64,000 nucleotides of DNA, taken from positions 64,114 to 128,113 of the forward strand of contig CABMEV010000010.1 of the NCBI GenBank assembly GCA_902385255.1, in the 5' to 3' direction. Positions within the stretch are counted from its first letter, which is position 1, and every line of letters begins with the position of its first letter. Made by a program: the position numbers and the translations under genes. The notes under the pieces are model-generated. The model saw only the letters and a program-made list of their open reading frames with translations, had not been told where the DNA came from and made no database searches. This document shows, piece by piece, positions 40,964 through 51,691 of the stretch. This DNA comes from Candidatus Tiddalikarchaeum anstoanum. GTDB lineage: Archaea > Nanobdellota > Nanobdellia > Tiddalikarchaeales > Tiddalikarchaeaceae.

Positions 40964-42127
40964 TTAGTTTATTTTTGAGCTTATCAGCTTATTATACAGA
41001 GGGATGAGGTTGTTCTTAATATGCTCATGCCAGTAAAATCTTTTTATGGTGTTCATCTCGTTTTTTTGGATTTCTTCATATAAAAATTGGTCTTCAAGTT
41101 TTTTAACTCCACTGGCTATCTGTTCAGGGTGCAATGGTTCAACTAAGAATCCTTCCTTTAGATTAGTCACTATTTCGGGCGTTCCACCGATATTAGTTGC
41201 TATTATAGGTGTTCTTGTAGTCATTGCATCATACAATGACACGCTTGCAGGCTCGTATATGCTTGGCAGGATAAATGCAAAACTTGAAAGCATATGTTTT
41301 ATCACTTCATTATGCGAGATACTGCCTATGAATGAGACCCTGTTTTCAAGTTTTTCTTTCTTCGCAAGTTCCTTAAGATGCGATTCTTCATTGCCGTTTC
41401 CTGCGATTACAAGGCGGTAATTTTTACGCAAAAAATGCAGGGAGCGTATCGCATCATCAACGTTTTTTTTGGATTCTAGTTTCAATGCACAGAATAACTT
41501 GTTCTTATCCCTTTTTTCCACTGCGTTAACAGGTTCAGCCCCGTTTCTAAACAAGAATATTTTTCCTCCATCTATATTATTATACTTCATTAGTTCATTT
41601 TTGATAAATAAGCTTGGAACAGTTATCATATCCACCTTCGATGCTATAAATTTCTGCAGCGAAAGCAGTAATTTTTTTAATAAGGTTTTTCTGTTGTAAA
41701 ATTCTTCAGGAGTTATGTCAGTTGTTCTTGCTTTTTTAATCTTTGAATAAAACTCTATCGCTACATCCCCTGTAAATTTTGAAATCTTCTTAATTTTTAC
41801 GCCTGATAATATCACTGCCAGAGATGATATGTTTAGGTCATGGCAGTGTATGAGGTCGTACTCATAATTTTTGCATAATTTTTTAATTGAACTGCTTAGT
41901 GTAAAAACCAATTTTAAAACGCTGAAAATATTATCCTTTGTCCTGTCAAATATTCCTGCCCTTATAAGATTATAATTGGATTTCTTATCCTCGTAACCCT
42001 TTAAACCATAAGTTAAGACATCAACACTATTGCCTAATTTTACTAATTCAGTTGCTATAACTGGCACTGTGGCAGCAGGCCCGCCTATTGAAGGCGGATA
42101 ATTTGCAGATATTATCAGTATTTTCAT
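40964..42127 (-). CDS. Glycosyltransferase family 4
   Basis: YPPSIGGPA, HCHD, KKNVD, LPSIYEPASVSLYDAM, IGGTPE. Confidence 0.88.
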   Translation of the reverse strand: MKILIISANYPPSIGGPAATVPVIATELVKLGNSVDVLTYGLKGYEDKKSNYNLIRAGIFDRTKDNIFSVLKLVFTLSSSIKKLCKNYEYDLIHCHDLNISSLAVILSGVKIKKISKFTGDVAIEFYSKIKKARTTDITPEEFYNRKTLLKKLLLSLQKFIASKVDMITVPSLFIKNELMKYNNIDGGKIFLFRNGAEPVNAVEKRDKNKLFCALKLESKKNVDDAIRSLHFLRKNYRLVIAGNGNEESHLKELAKKEKLENRVSFIGSISHNEVIKHMLSSFAFILPSIYEPASVSLYDAMTTRTPIIATNIGGTPEIVTNLKEGFLVEPLHPEQIASGVKKLEDQFLYEEIQKNEMNTIKRFYWHEHIKNNLIPLYNKLISSKIN

Positions 42128-42161
42128 TCGTATTCTAAACTATTTTTTACTTATTATGTGG

Positions 42162-43097
42162 TTATATTATTTTCTCTATTTTTACTTTGTTACTTGCGGC
42201 ATTGCTGCTGAAATACAAGCTAATAGACCTGAAATAAGCAAGCACGGACTCAGTTACAGCTATATCCAAGCTGTATCCTTTGATTAGCATCATAATAGTC
42301 ATCAATAAGAATGGCAGTATAACCATAGAAATAAGGATTGTATTGTAGAAACCAGCAATGACAGACGCCAAAATCCAGGGTGTTAAGAAGAAATCCTGGT
42401 CAAAAAAAGATATTTTTTCGCTAAATGATAATTTATTGAATACATTCCTCTTCCCGATGGCATACCAGTTATGCTTCTTGATTAAATCCAGTATTGAAGA
42501 ACTGTCTCCTTTGCTGTTATGGTACATTGAAACTTTATTTATCCTGTAAATTTTATACCCTTCTTTTGTTACCTTCAAGGAAATATAATGCTCTTCAGCT
42601 GCAGTGACAGTCTCGTCAAGTTCAGTATATTTTAAGATGACATTTTTCCTAAACATGTAATTTCCAGAAACTTTGGAGACAAACCCGAACTTGTCATTTT
42701 TGAATCTTTGAGTATACATTCTGCCTATTAATGAATCCTGGTTTTTTTCAACCCTTTTTCCTGACACAACTGCAATGTCAGGATTATCAAAAAGTTTGAC
42801 TGCTTCGCTGATAAATTCCCTGCTCACAGTTGAGTCTCCATTAACTATAAACACAAGTTCGCCTTTTGCAAGATTTATCCCTGATTTTAATGCCGCCCCT
42901 ATACTGGCTGCATCCATTTTATAAATCGAGACGCCTCTTATTTTTTTGGCAACTTTTATTGTATTATCATTTGAAAAACTATCTATTAAAATTATTTCCA
43001 AGTTTTTATAAGATGAATTCTTTATCGAGATGATGCAGTCTTTTATCTTATCTTCTTCATTTCTCGCCAGGATTACTACGCTTACATTCTTAGTCAT
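42162..43097 (-). CDS. Glycosyltransferase family 2 with C-terminal TM helices
   Basis: VVILARNEE, IDSFSNDNT, VNGDS, AAEE. Confidence 0.85.
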   Translation of the reverse strand: MTKNVSVVILARNEEDKIKDCIISIKNSSYKNLEIILIDSFSNDNTIKVAKKIRGVSIYKMDAASIGAALKSGINLAKGELVFIVNGDSTVSREFISEAVKLFDNPDIAVVSGKRVEKNQDSLIGRMYTQRFKNDKFGFVSKVSGNYMFRKNVILKYTELDETVTAAEEHYISLKVTKEGYKIYRINKVSMYHNSKGDSSSILDLIKKHNWYAIGKRNVFNKLSFSEKISFFDQDFFLTPWILASVIAGFYNTILISMVILPFLLMTIMMLIKGYSLDIAVTESVLAYFRSISLYFSSNAASNKVKIEKII

Positions 43098-43105
43098 ACA
43101 TTATC

Positions 43106-44584
43106 CTATTTTTTAATTAATTTAAAAAAATCTCCTAAAACTAAAGATTTATGTATTAATTTGTCTAAAGCAATTCCTGGATGTCTTAAAAAATATTTTA
43201 CCATTTCTTTTTTGAGCTCTGATTTATATTCTTTCAGGGCTTTATCGAGATCATCCTTGCTGAATTCTTTCGTTGAAATAGGGTGGTTGCCGTCAATTTG
43301 TGTTGCAGTGGCAAAATCTTTATCATTCATTTTTTTAATGATTTTATTTTTTACGCATATATTGTATAATTCTGTCCCGTACAATGGTGTGGCTACGCTG
43401 ACATAAGGGTAACAATCGTATTCCCTTAACAATTTTATGGCTAAATTCAGTGTTTCCTTTATATTATCCAACGTTTCCCCAGGCAATCCTACGACATAAA
43501 AAGCGATTAAAACGATTTTTAATTTCTTGCAGTCCTTTACGACTTCCAAGACTTTTTTTAAAGACAGGTTCTTCTTTATTATCTTATCAAGGACGTACTG
43601 GTTTCCTGATTCTATTGCTATCTTAATCATCTTACAGCCTGATTTTTTCATTTTTTTCAGCAAATTGTAATCAAGGGAATCTGCGCGCAGGCCATTTGGC
43701 ACATCCCATTTTATATTAAGCTTGTTTTCTATTATCTTGTCAAGGATGGCTTCAAATCGTTTTCTGTCAAGGGAGAAATTATCATCTTCAAAGTGGAAAT
43801 TTCGTATCCCCAACTTGTTAATGCAGAGTTTAAGGTGATTAATCACATAATCAGGTGAGTTAGCGCGCCAGCCATTTCCCATATGCAGTTTTATAGAGCA
43901 GAATACGCAGTTGAAAGGGCAGCCCCTGCTTGTTATTATTGAAATAGATTTCTTACCTAAGTCCCCTCTAGTTGCGTATAAATATTTATTTTTTAGATAA
44001 TCATTTATGTTTATTAAATCATAAGCCGGCAATGGCAGGCTGTCCAAATTTTTTATGAAAGGCCTTGCTTTGTATTGTATTTTTTTGTCTTTTTTGTACG
44101 CTAATCCTTCAATGTTGTACAGGTTTTGTTTTGAACTGAATTTTTTCACGACTTCGAAAAAAGTCTCTTCACCTTCGCCGACTACGCAGAAATCGCACGT
44201 TTTCTCTTTTAGAAGCATATCATATCTAACTGAAGCGTCGGGGCCGCCGAAGATAACTATTATTTTTGGGTTTACTTCTTTGCATATCCTGCTTATCTTA
44301 ATTGCTTGCTCTGACTGGGCTGAAAAAGGTATGGAAATACCGACAATATCAGGGTTTTCATTTTTTATTATCTCTTTTATCCTCTTAAAAGATGTGCCGT
44401 AAAGCGTATATTCTTTCTTCTTTAATATCTCAAAATCAGTAACCAGGCAGTCTAAGATTTTAACATCGCATATTTTTTTAATCATTGCTCCAACATATAA
44501 TAACCCAATTGGGAAATAGACGTTAAACATCCTTGAAGAACCAAAATACTTCTGTGGAGGGTTTATTAACAGTACTCTTGGCAT
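43106..44584 (-). CDS. B12-binding-domain radical SAM protein
   Basis: LINPP, PIGLLY, FGGPDAS, GEGEET, SRGCPFNCVFC, FEDDNF, IESGN, GLPGET, ATPLYGT. Confidence 0.92.
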   Translation of the reverse strand: MPRVLLINPPQKYFGSSRMFNVYFPIGLLYVGAMIKKICDVKILDCLVTDFEILKKKEYTLYGTSFKRIKEIIKNENPDIVGISIPFSAQSEQAIKISRICKEVNPKIIVIFGGPDASVRYDMLLKEKTCDFCVVGEGEETFFEVVKKFSSKQNLYNIEGLAYKKDKKIQYKARPFIKNLDSLPLPAYDLININDYLKNKYLYATRGDLGKKSISIITSRGCPFNCVFCSIKLHMGNGWRANSPDYVINHLKLCINKLGIRNFHFEDDNFSLDRKRFEAILDKIIENKLNIKWDVPNGLRADSLDYNLLKKMKKSGCKMIKIAIESGNQYVLDKIIKKNLSLKKVLEVVKDCKKLKIVLIAFYVVGLPGETLDNIKETLNLAIKLLREYDCYPYVSVATPLYGTELYNICVKNKIIKKMNDKDFATATQIDGNHPISTKEFSKDDLDKALKEYKSELKKEMVKYFLRHPGIALDKLIHKSLVLGDFFKLIKK

Positions 44585-44636
44585 ATTTAGATATGGTTCA
44601 CTTAATGTTTTATAATATTTTCTATTCTTACTTGTC

Positions 44637-46202
44637 TTATATTTTTATATCAGCACTGGATTCTGAACAATTCTGCTGGAAATCTACGAAATCCCTGCCT
44701 GTTTCTGTATTAATAAGCCAGGTCATATTTTTTGAAACACTGAAATTAAAAATTGTGTAATTGTTCCTCAGCAGCTTAATGCTGTTCATTATATGCAGAA
44801 ATGTTTTGTTGCCAGAACCCTGGAAGGGTGAGTCATAAAAGATATTATTGTATTCTCCCTTTTCCGCAAGATAAGCCGTACTAATACATACGGAATCATT
44901 TGAGGTAATATTTTTCTGCAAATCCACTAATCGGGTAAAGTATGACTGGTCTACATCCCACTTAGTTGAACTCTTGAAATATGAAGGGAACATCAAAAAA
45001 TAGATTAAGTACAATAACATTGCAGCATAAATTAATTTTTTATTTATTTTATCTATTATTTTGGAATATAGTATTGAGGAAGGTATTATCAGCAGATAAG
45101 CATATTTTATTACCATATATGCTTGTTTTATTTCAAAGAATAAAAAGTAAGTAAACAAATAATTCGTAATAAAGATTACAAAGAGCACTAATGGAGGTAT
45201 TAGGAATGCGATTGTTAAAAACAACACCGCCTTGTCTTTTAGGAACATCTTAATGTTTTTTACTGCATAATATAATAAGGGGATAAATATTAAGACTGAA
45301 CATATGTTCGGTATTGTAATTCCTCCCCTGATGAAAAATATAACCTCTAATCCAGGCATGTTATTAAACATGCGTATTATGTAAAAAGCAGCCAGCTGTA
45401 GACTTTCTATTGTGCCGATGAATAATCCAAGCAGGTATATGTGGTATTCTTTTTTATAGTTGAATACCAGATTTAGCAAAAGGAATAAAAATCCTATTAA
45501 GAAATAATGAGGATAAGTAAGTCCAAGTGCTCCGAAAAAAAAACTGCTAAACAAGTATTCTTTGCTGAAAAAAAAGTATAATACCAATAATAAGTATAGT
45601 ATCCCGAGTATGCTTGGTATATAACCCTGACCTAGTTCCAAAAGAAGTATTATCGAGAATGAAAATAAGCTTGTTGAAATTAAACTATTATTTTCATTGT
45701 TAAATAATTTCATATTAATTTTGTACAGCACCCATGATGAATATATCATGAATACTAAAGCAGAACAAAATCCTGTTATTAGCTCATTTTGCGGCAAAAT
45801 ATGTATTAAGAAAGCCAGTATTGTGTAAATCCCAACAGGGTAAGTGTGCACGAAACTGGTTTGGGTTGCACTATGATCTGTAACATAAAATAAGCTGTCA
45901 GTGTCAGATACGACCTTGCTGACTGATATGTGATTATAGAAGTCCGGGCTGTCAGTTATCAGCGTGAGTTTATCAGTCATGAGTATTAGCGCAAGCGCCT
46001 GGACTGCAATTATTATCAGCAGCTTGTAATTAACATGTACATTTTTAAAATCCGTATTAACCAATAAAAAAATGACTGCGGCAATGTCTATTATTGCAGT
46101 CACACCAAAACTGATATTAAAATAAAGAAGCAGGTAAGATGCGAATTGGGTGAGTAATAATAGTACACCAATAGCGTTAAACAATGATAATTTTTTTGCC
46201 AT
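44637..46202 (-). CDS. Polytopic membrane protein, probable GT-C fold or polymerase
   Basis: Many TMs, DSPDFYNH, TYPVG; sequon-rich extracellular C-terminus. Confidence 0.6.
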   Translation of the reverse strand: MAKKLSLFNAIGVLLLLTQFASYLLLYFNISFGVTAIIDIAAVIFLLVNTDFKNVHVNYKLLIIIAVQALALILMTDKLTLITDSPDFYNHISVSKVVSDTDSLFYVTDHSATQTSFVHTYPVGIYTILAFLIHILPQNELITGFCSALVFMIYSSWVLYKINMKLFNNENNSLISTSLFSFSIILLLELGQGYIPSILGILYLLLVLYFFFSKEYLFSSFFFGALGLTYPHYFLIGFLFLLLNLVFNYKKEYHIYLLGLFIGTIESLQLAAFYIIRMFNNMPGLEVIFFIRGGITIPNICSVLIFIPLLYYAVKNIKMFLKDKAVLFLTIAFLIPPLVLFVIFITNYLFTYFLFFEIKQAYMVIKYAYLLIIPSSILYSKIIDKINKKLIYAAMLLYLIYFLMFPSYFKSSTKWDVDQSYFTRLVDLQKNITSNDSVCISTAYLAEKGEYNNIFYDSPFQGSGNKTFLHIMNSIKLLRNNYTIFNFSVSKNMTWLINTETGRDFVDFQQNCSESSADIKI

Positions 46203-46204
46203 AC

Positions 46205-47149
46205 TTATTTCTTATCTTGATATATTTTTAATGATTTTGAATTTGCTATAAGCACATTAAGGATAAACAAAGATAGTATGAATAATATGGATGAGGAGAG
46301 TGAAAAACTTATTACTCCCTCAGCAGGTATGTTCAATAATCCGAAGAAATAAACGAGCGACACTTCACGCAGACCGAATCCTGAGAAACTGATTGGCAGC
46401 ATTGAAATTATTGTGATTAACGGGAATACCAGAGTTACGAAATAGAACGGTACGTACACTTTGAAGCCCAGTAAGAATACGAATGTTATAAAATAAGTGA
46501 ACAGCCAGTAAATTATGGATACTAAAAGCGATTTGAACAGCGCTTTTTTATTTGACATCAACGTTTTAAAAGCATCATTCACTTTTTCTGATATTTCTGA
46601 AACTCTCTTCCTGAACTTATTTGGGATGATTCTGATAAAGAATTTATTGTACTTAATATAGAGGAAGAATGCGACAATGCATGCAAAGAAAAATGCAAAG
46701 CCTGCAATCAGATAAAGCAGGTTGTTAACCTCAAAGGCGTTTAGGAAGACTGAAAAGAAGCATATGATGAAGATAGAGAAGTAACTTATTATCTTGTCCA
46801 TAAAAACAGTTGATAATGCCTTGCTTTTTGATATGCCTGTGGCTTTTGATAATATGAACCCTCTTGAAAAATCACCGACTTGTCCTGGTGTTATCCTGCC
46901 TGAAAATGTTCCTATTATAAGGGCAAAAAACGCATCTTTCAAGCTATACTCAGTGAAAATTTTGACAAGTATAATCCATTGGATGCTCTTTATCAACTGG
47001 CTGAAAATTGAGCCAACTATGAATATTATAATGTAAAAAGGGCTGATTGACAAAAGAGCGTTTAAAACAGCCTTAATATCATATTTGGAGAATAAATATA
47101 TGAAGAATATAATACTTAAAAATATTAATAATAATTTTTTAATGTTCAT
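46205..47149 (-). CDS. LPG-synthase-TM (flippase-like) membrane protein
   Basis: ITPGQVGDFSR, MDK, LPISFSGFGLRE. Confidence 0.87.
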   Translation of the reverse strand: MNIKKLLLIFLSIIFFIYLFSKYDIKAVLNALLSISPFYIIIFIVGSIFSQLIKSIQWIILVKIFTEYSLKDAFFALIIGTFSGRITPGQVGDFSRGFILSKATGISKSKALSTVFMDKIISYFSIFIICFFSVFLNAFEVNNLLYLIAGFAFFFACIVAFFLYIKYNKFFIRIIPNKFRKRVSEISEKVNDAFKTLMSNKKALFKSLLVSIIYWLFTYFITFVFLLGFKVYVPFYFVTLVFPLITIISMLPISFSGFGLREVSLVYFFGLLNIPAEGVISFSLSSSILFILSLFILNVLIANSKSLKIYQDKK

Positions 47150-47231
47150 TACTTGAAAACTTAGTTAAGGGCGGGTTTTAAATTTGTTTTGTAATGAAAA
47201 TCTTTTTATTAAATAGCACTTAATTCATATT

Positions 47232-48314
47232 ATGCTTAAAGTCGCCGTCTGTTTGGGCACCCGTCCGGAAATAATTAAAATGAGTCCGATAATCCGCGCT
47301 CTTATTGATGAAAAAATTGAATATTTCATCCTTCACTCAGGGCAGCATTATTCATATAACATGGATAAATTATTCTTTGAGGAATTAAATCTTCCAGCCC
47401 CAAAATATAATCTTAACGTCGGGTCAGGGACTCATGCAAGCATGACTGCGAAGATAATGGAAGAATCTGAAAAAATATTTTTAGACGAGAAGCCAACGCA
47501 TGTTTTTGTGCAGGGAGATACGAATACTGTTCTTGGCTGCAGTATGGGCGCATTTAAGATTGAAGGAATTAAGCTTTGCCATGTTGAAGCAGGGTTAAGG
47601 AGTAATTTATGGTATATGCCTGAGGAAAAAAACAGGGTAATTGTTGATCACATATCAGATATCTTATTCGCGCCAACGAAGGAATCAGTAAAACTGCTTA
47701 AGAAAGAAGGAATACCTTCAAAAAGGATATTTCTAACGGGCAATACAATAGTAGACGCCACAATTCAAAATATCAAGCTTAAGGACGAGACTGAAACATT
47801 GTCTAAATTCAACCTTGAAAAAAAGAAATTTATAATAGTGACAGTCCACAGGCAGGAAAACGTGGATAATAAAAATAGTTTATTGTCAATATCCAATGCT
47901 ATAAACGAATTGAGCAATGATTATACAATACTATGGCCCATTCATCCGAGAACTAAAGAAAGGATTAAGGAATTTAACATAATAATTAATAAATCTATAA
48001 AAATTGTAGAACCAATAGGATACCTTGATTTTCTTAACCTGATAAAAAACGCCAGCTTGGTGCTGACTGATTCGGGCGGGCTGCAGGAGGAAAGTTGTAT
48101 ACTTAAAACTCCCTGTGTAACACTGCGCGAGAATACTGAAAGGCCTGAAACGTTAAAGGCGGGCAGTAACATGCTGTCAAAACTGGATAAGAAAAAAATA
48201 ATTAAAACAGTCAACGTGATGATTAAAAGAAAGCCCAGATGGAAGAACCCGTTTGGTGACGGCTTTGCTGCTAAAAAAATTATAAATATATTAAAATCCG
48301 AGCGTAAAAGCTAA
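47232..48314 (+). CDS. wecB: UDP-GlcNAc 2-epimerase (non-hydrolysing)
   Basis: GTRPEIIK, GQHY, QGDT, HVEAGLRS, PEEKNR, HRQEN, TDSGGLQEE, TERPE. Confidence 0.95.
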   Translation: MLKVAVCLGTRPEIIKMSPIIRALIDEKIEYFILHSGQHYSYNMDKLFFEELNLPAPKYNLNVGSGTHASMTAKIMEESEKIFLDEKPTHVFVQGDTNTVLGCSMGAFKIEGIKLCHVEAGLRSNLWYMPEEKNRVIVDHISDILFAPTKESVKLLKKEGIPSKRIFLTGNTIVDATIQNIKLKDETETLSKFNLEKKKFIIVTVHRQENVDNKNSLLSISNAINELSNDYTILWPIHPRTKERIKEFNIIINKSIKIVEPIGYLDFLNLIKNASLVLTDSGGLQEESCILKTPCVTLRENTERPETLKAGSNMLSKLDKKKIIKTVNVMIKRKPRWKNPFGDGFAAKKIINILKSERKS

Positions 48315-48338
48315 CATTTTTATAGGTTTAATTTAGAT

Positions 48339-49577
48339 ATGTTCATTATGAAACTTATGGACAAGATAAAGAGCAAGTCTGCTAAAATATGCGTTATAGG
48401 TATAGGTTATATGGGCCTGCCAATCTCTGCTCTCTTTGCTAAGCAAGGTTTTGATGTATTAGGTTTTGATGTTGATGCAAAAAAAGTTGAGCTAGTGAAT
48501 AAGTCAATACCTCCGTTTGAAGAAAAAGACCTGCCTGAACTAATTAAATCAGTGCGCTTTAAGTCAAAACTAAGGGCTTCATCAAAGATAGAAAAAGCTG
48601 ACATTTTTTTAATATCAGTGCCAACTCCAAAAAAGAACAATAATGCAGACTTATCCTTTGTAGAAGCAGCAACTAAATCAATATATTCAGTTTTAGAGGA
48701 GGGAAATCTCGTAATACTCGAATCAACAGTTCCCCCAAAGACTTCAATAAATCTTATCAAGCCACTCCTTGACCAGAAAAAAATAAAATATTACTTGGCC
48801 CACTGTCCGGAAAGGGCATTCCCAGGCAATACTATTTATGAATTAATTAATAATGACAGGATAGTCGGCGGCTTGGATGAAGAGGCAACAAGTCTGGCAA
48901 AAGAATTGTATTTAACATTCGTAAAAGGCAAAATATTTACCACAACTATTACCACAGCTGAGTTTTGCAAACTGGCGGAGAATACTTATCGTGATGTAAA
49001 CATAGCCCTCGCAAATGAGCTTGCATTATTATGCGAAGATGTAGGGATTAATGTTTGGGATTTAATTGAGCTCGCGAATAAGCATCCTCGTGTTAATATC
49101 CTGCAGCCTGGACCTGGAGTCGGCGGGCACTGCATACCTAAAGACCCAATATATTTGTACAAATCTTCCACCAAGGCTAAATTAATACCTATAGCCAGGG
49201 AGGTAAATGACAGTATGCCAAAACACGTTGTTGATATGATTAAAGAAGAGGTTAAAGGAGTAAAGAAACCAAAAATTGCATTGCTTGGCGCCTCCTTTAA
49301 AAAGAATGTGGATGACACGAGGGATTCGCCCACTGAATTCATTGCAAAACTATTATTAGACCTGGATTATGAAGTTAAAATACACGACCCTCTTGTTAAA
49401 ATGTTTAAATTTGAATTAAGCGATTATGATGCTTGCGTAAAAGATGCCGACTTAGTCGTTTTATTAATAGACCATGACTATTATAAAAGCAAGGATTTCA
49501 GCAAACTTAAAATATTAGATACCAGGAATTTTTACCCCAAAGCTGCAAGAAAATTAGGTGTTGGTTCTAAACCTTAG
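48339..49577 (+). CDS. wecC: UDP-N-acetylmannosamine dehydrogenase
   Basis: GIGYMGLP, VPTP, ESTVPP, HCPER, KLAENTYRDVNIALANE, PGPGVGGHCIP; follows wecB. Confidence 0.9.
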   Translation: MFIMKLMDKIKSKSAKICVIGIGYMGLPISALFAKQGFDVLGFDVDAKKVELVNKSIPPFEEKDLPELIKSVRFKSKLRASSKIEKADIFLISVPTPKKNNNADLSFVEAATKSIYSVLEEGNLVILESTVPPKTSINLIKPLLDQKKIKYYLAHCPERAFPGNTIYELINNDRIVGGLDEEATSLAKELYLTFVKGKIFTTTITTAEFCKLAENTYRDVNIALANELALLCEDVGINVWDLIELANKHPRVNILQPGPGVGGHCIPKDPIYLYKSSTKAKLIPIAREVNDSMPKHVVDMIKEEVKGVKKPKIALLGASFKKNVDDTRDSPTEFIAKLLLDLDYEVKIHDPLVKMFKFELSDYDACVKDADLVVLLIDHDYYKSKDFSKLKILDTRNFYPKAARKLGVGSKP

Positions 49578-50205
49578 TCGCGACTATTAATGATTTATAG
49601 GAGAATATTTTTCCAGTTAAGCCGTTTACCCAATTAATTAACCGCTTATTGTTTAAGTAATAGAGAATCCTGCCTAAACCTCTTGGCGTTACCCACTCCC
49701 TTGATACTATATTTATGTCGAATCCATTGTCTTTCAGAATTTCTATGATTGCCCTTGGGTGAACAGGCTGCCTATGTGTATAATCGTTGAAGAACTCCCA
49801 TTTGCGTCTCCTTATATCCGGAAAAACCAGCATCATTTTTCCGCCTTTTTTTAAAACTCGCGACCACTCTTTTATTATTTCATAGCGGTTATCCAAGTGT
49901 TCTATCACGCAGTCCGAGCATACTGCATCGAAAACTCCGTCTTTAAACTGCAATTTTTTTGCATCCCCAAGTTTAACGTTCAAGCCTTTTTTAGCTGCGT
50001 ATTTAATGAAAGTTTCATTATTATCCAATCCGAACGCTTCAACTTTTTTCGGGAGAAATTCCAAGAATGCACCCCAGCCGCAGCCTATATCTAATACTCT
50101 TTTTGGTTCTCCTAAAATGTCATAATAGTGCAGGACCTGTATTTCCCGCATAAACTTGGAATACTTGTTGGCGTAAGGTTTAGGCAGAACGTGTTCATAA
50201 TACAT
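49567..50205 (-). CDS. Class I SAM-dependent methyltransferase
   Basis: VLDIGCGWG, FDAV...IEH, RVLKKGG, DYTH. Confidence 0.88.
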   Translation of the reverse strand: MYYEHVLPKPYANKYSKFMREIQVLHYYDILGEPKRVLDIGCGWGAFLEFLPKKVEAFGLDNNETFIKYAAKKGLNVKLGDAKKLQFKDGVFDAVCSDCVIEHLDNRYEIIKEWSRVLKKGGKMMLVFPDIRRRKWEFFNDYTHRQPVHPRAIIEILKDNGFDINIVSREWVTPRGLGRILYYLNNKRLINWVNGLTGKIFSYKSLIVATKV

Positions 50206-51691
50206 TTTTTATCTTCCTCCATAAAGTTTTTGCATAATTTAATATGATTCTTAATAAGAAGAATGGTAGTATTAAAAAACCCAGCACTTTTTTAATTAAA
50301 TGGCTTTTCAAAAACACTGCGTTTTTGAATTCTATAAAAAACAGCCTTAAATCATAGCCATTCTTTAACAGGAAGTGAAATGGCACGTACTCGTTGAGGA
50401 ATAAATATTTCAGGCTTTTCGAATCTTTTATGTCCATCAGGGTATATAACGCATAGCGCATGTAGAATCTCTTTGCGTATTCTTCCAATTTTGCTTCATC
50501 CAGGCTCGGATTTTGAAAACGAGGTACTGTTTGTCCTTGCTTGTTTTTATAATTTTCATCAGTCCACGAGAATTTTTTGAGCAGCCCTTTTTCTACGGCG
50601 ATATCATAAACCCTGCTTCCAGGAAATATATCAAGCGGGCAGAATGAAAGTGACTGCGGCCTTAGTTTCCATGCTATATTAAACGTATCATTTATCGTCT
50701 TCTCATTATCACCAGGGTGGCCAATGATGAAGAAAGTTGTATAGTCAAGACCTACTTTTTCAGTAATCCTTATTGCCTTAATCACCTTTTCAACAGTTAT
50801 CATTTTATTAATGGATTTTAATATCTCATTATTCCCGCTTTCCACGCCGTACTCTATCATCACGCACCCGGCTGACTTTAATTTTTTTAACAATTCTTCA
50901 TCGACTGTGTCAACCCTGCCTAAGCATTCCCATTCTAGGTCTAGTTTTCTTTTAATTATCTCATTGCATATTTCAATAGCCCAGCTTTTTCTTGCGGTGA
51001 AAGTGTCATCTTTTATGTGGATGCGTTTTTTACCGTACTTGTTGATTAAGTATTCTATCTCATCGACAACTTTTTTGGCGCTTCGCGTTCTTAATTTCCT
51101 ATTCCATAATTTCGGGGAAGCGCAGAATGTACAGTCAAACGGGCAGCCTCTTGATGCAAACACTCCGAAATATTTGTACTTCTCCATTGGCAATAAGTCC
51201 CAGCCATAAGGGAGAGCATCTATATCCTGTATGAACAGCCTCGGCTGGTTTTTCCTGATTTTTTTCCCATCTCTGAATATTATTCCCTCTATTTCACCCA
51301 GTTTTTTGCCGCGGCAAATATCAAGCATGGTGTCTTCACCTTCCCCGAATACCACTATGTCTATGAAAGGATAATCCTGCATTATTTCTTCGCCCATGAA
51401 TGTGGCATGTACTCCGCCATAAACTGTCTTATAACCTAATTTTTTTGCACGCTTAAGCATATCCAGCGCTTCGAACCTATTATACGTAATGCTGGTAACC
51501 CCTACTATTTGGGGTTTTATTTTTTTAATCTCATTTTCCACCCTATTATTATCCCAGTTTAATATTTCGGCGTCTATTATGCTTACATCAATCCCATGTT
51601 CCTTAAGGTATCCGCCAATCATGGTAATACCTATTGGAGGTTCAAAATTACTTCCGCCAAATGAGAGACAATTTATTAGCACAATTTTCAT
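50195..51691 (-). CDS. B12-binding-domain radical SAM protein
   Basis: PPIGI, YGGVHATF, GEGEDT, SRGCPFDCTFC, KDDTF, GVESGN, IGHPG. Confidence 0.92.
   Translation of the reverse strand: MKIVLINCLSFGGSNFEPPIGITMIGGYLKEHGIDVSIIDAEILNWDNNRVENEIKKIKPQIVGVTSITYNRFEALDMLKRAKKLGYKTVYGGVHATFMGEEIMQDYPFIDIVVFGEGEDTMLDICRGKKLGEIEGIIFRDGKKIRKNQPRLFIQDIDALPYGWDLLPMEKYKYFGVFASRGCPFDCTFCASPKLWNRKLRTRSAKKVVDEIEYLINKYGKKRIHIKDDTFTARKSWAIEICNEIIKRKLDLEWECLGRVDTVDEELLKKLKSAGCVMIEYGVESGNNEILKSINKMITVEKVIKAIRITEKVGLDYTTFFIIGHPGDNEKTINDTFNIAWKLRPQSLSFCPLDIFPGSRVYDIAVEKGLLKKFSWTDENYKNKQGQTVPRFQNPSLDEAKLEEYAKRFYMRYALYTLMDIKDSKSLKYLFLNEYVPFHFLLKNGYDLRLFFIEFKNAVFLKSHLIKKVLGFLILPFFLLRIILNYAKTLWRKIKNVL

Noticed and set aside
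45535-45574. A-homopolymer runs in glycan genes as phase-variation sites
   Set aside because: Runs of 7-9 A or T are common throughout this AT-rich window and no frameshifted gene was seen
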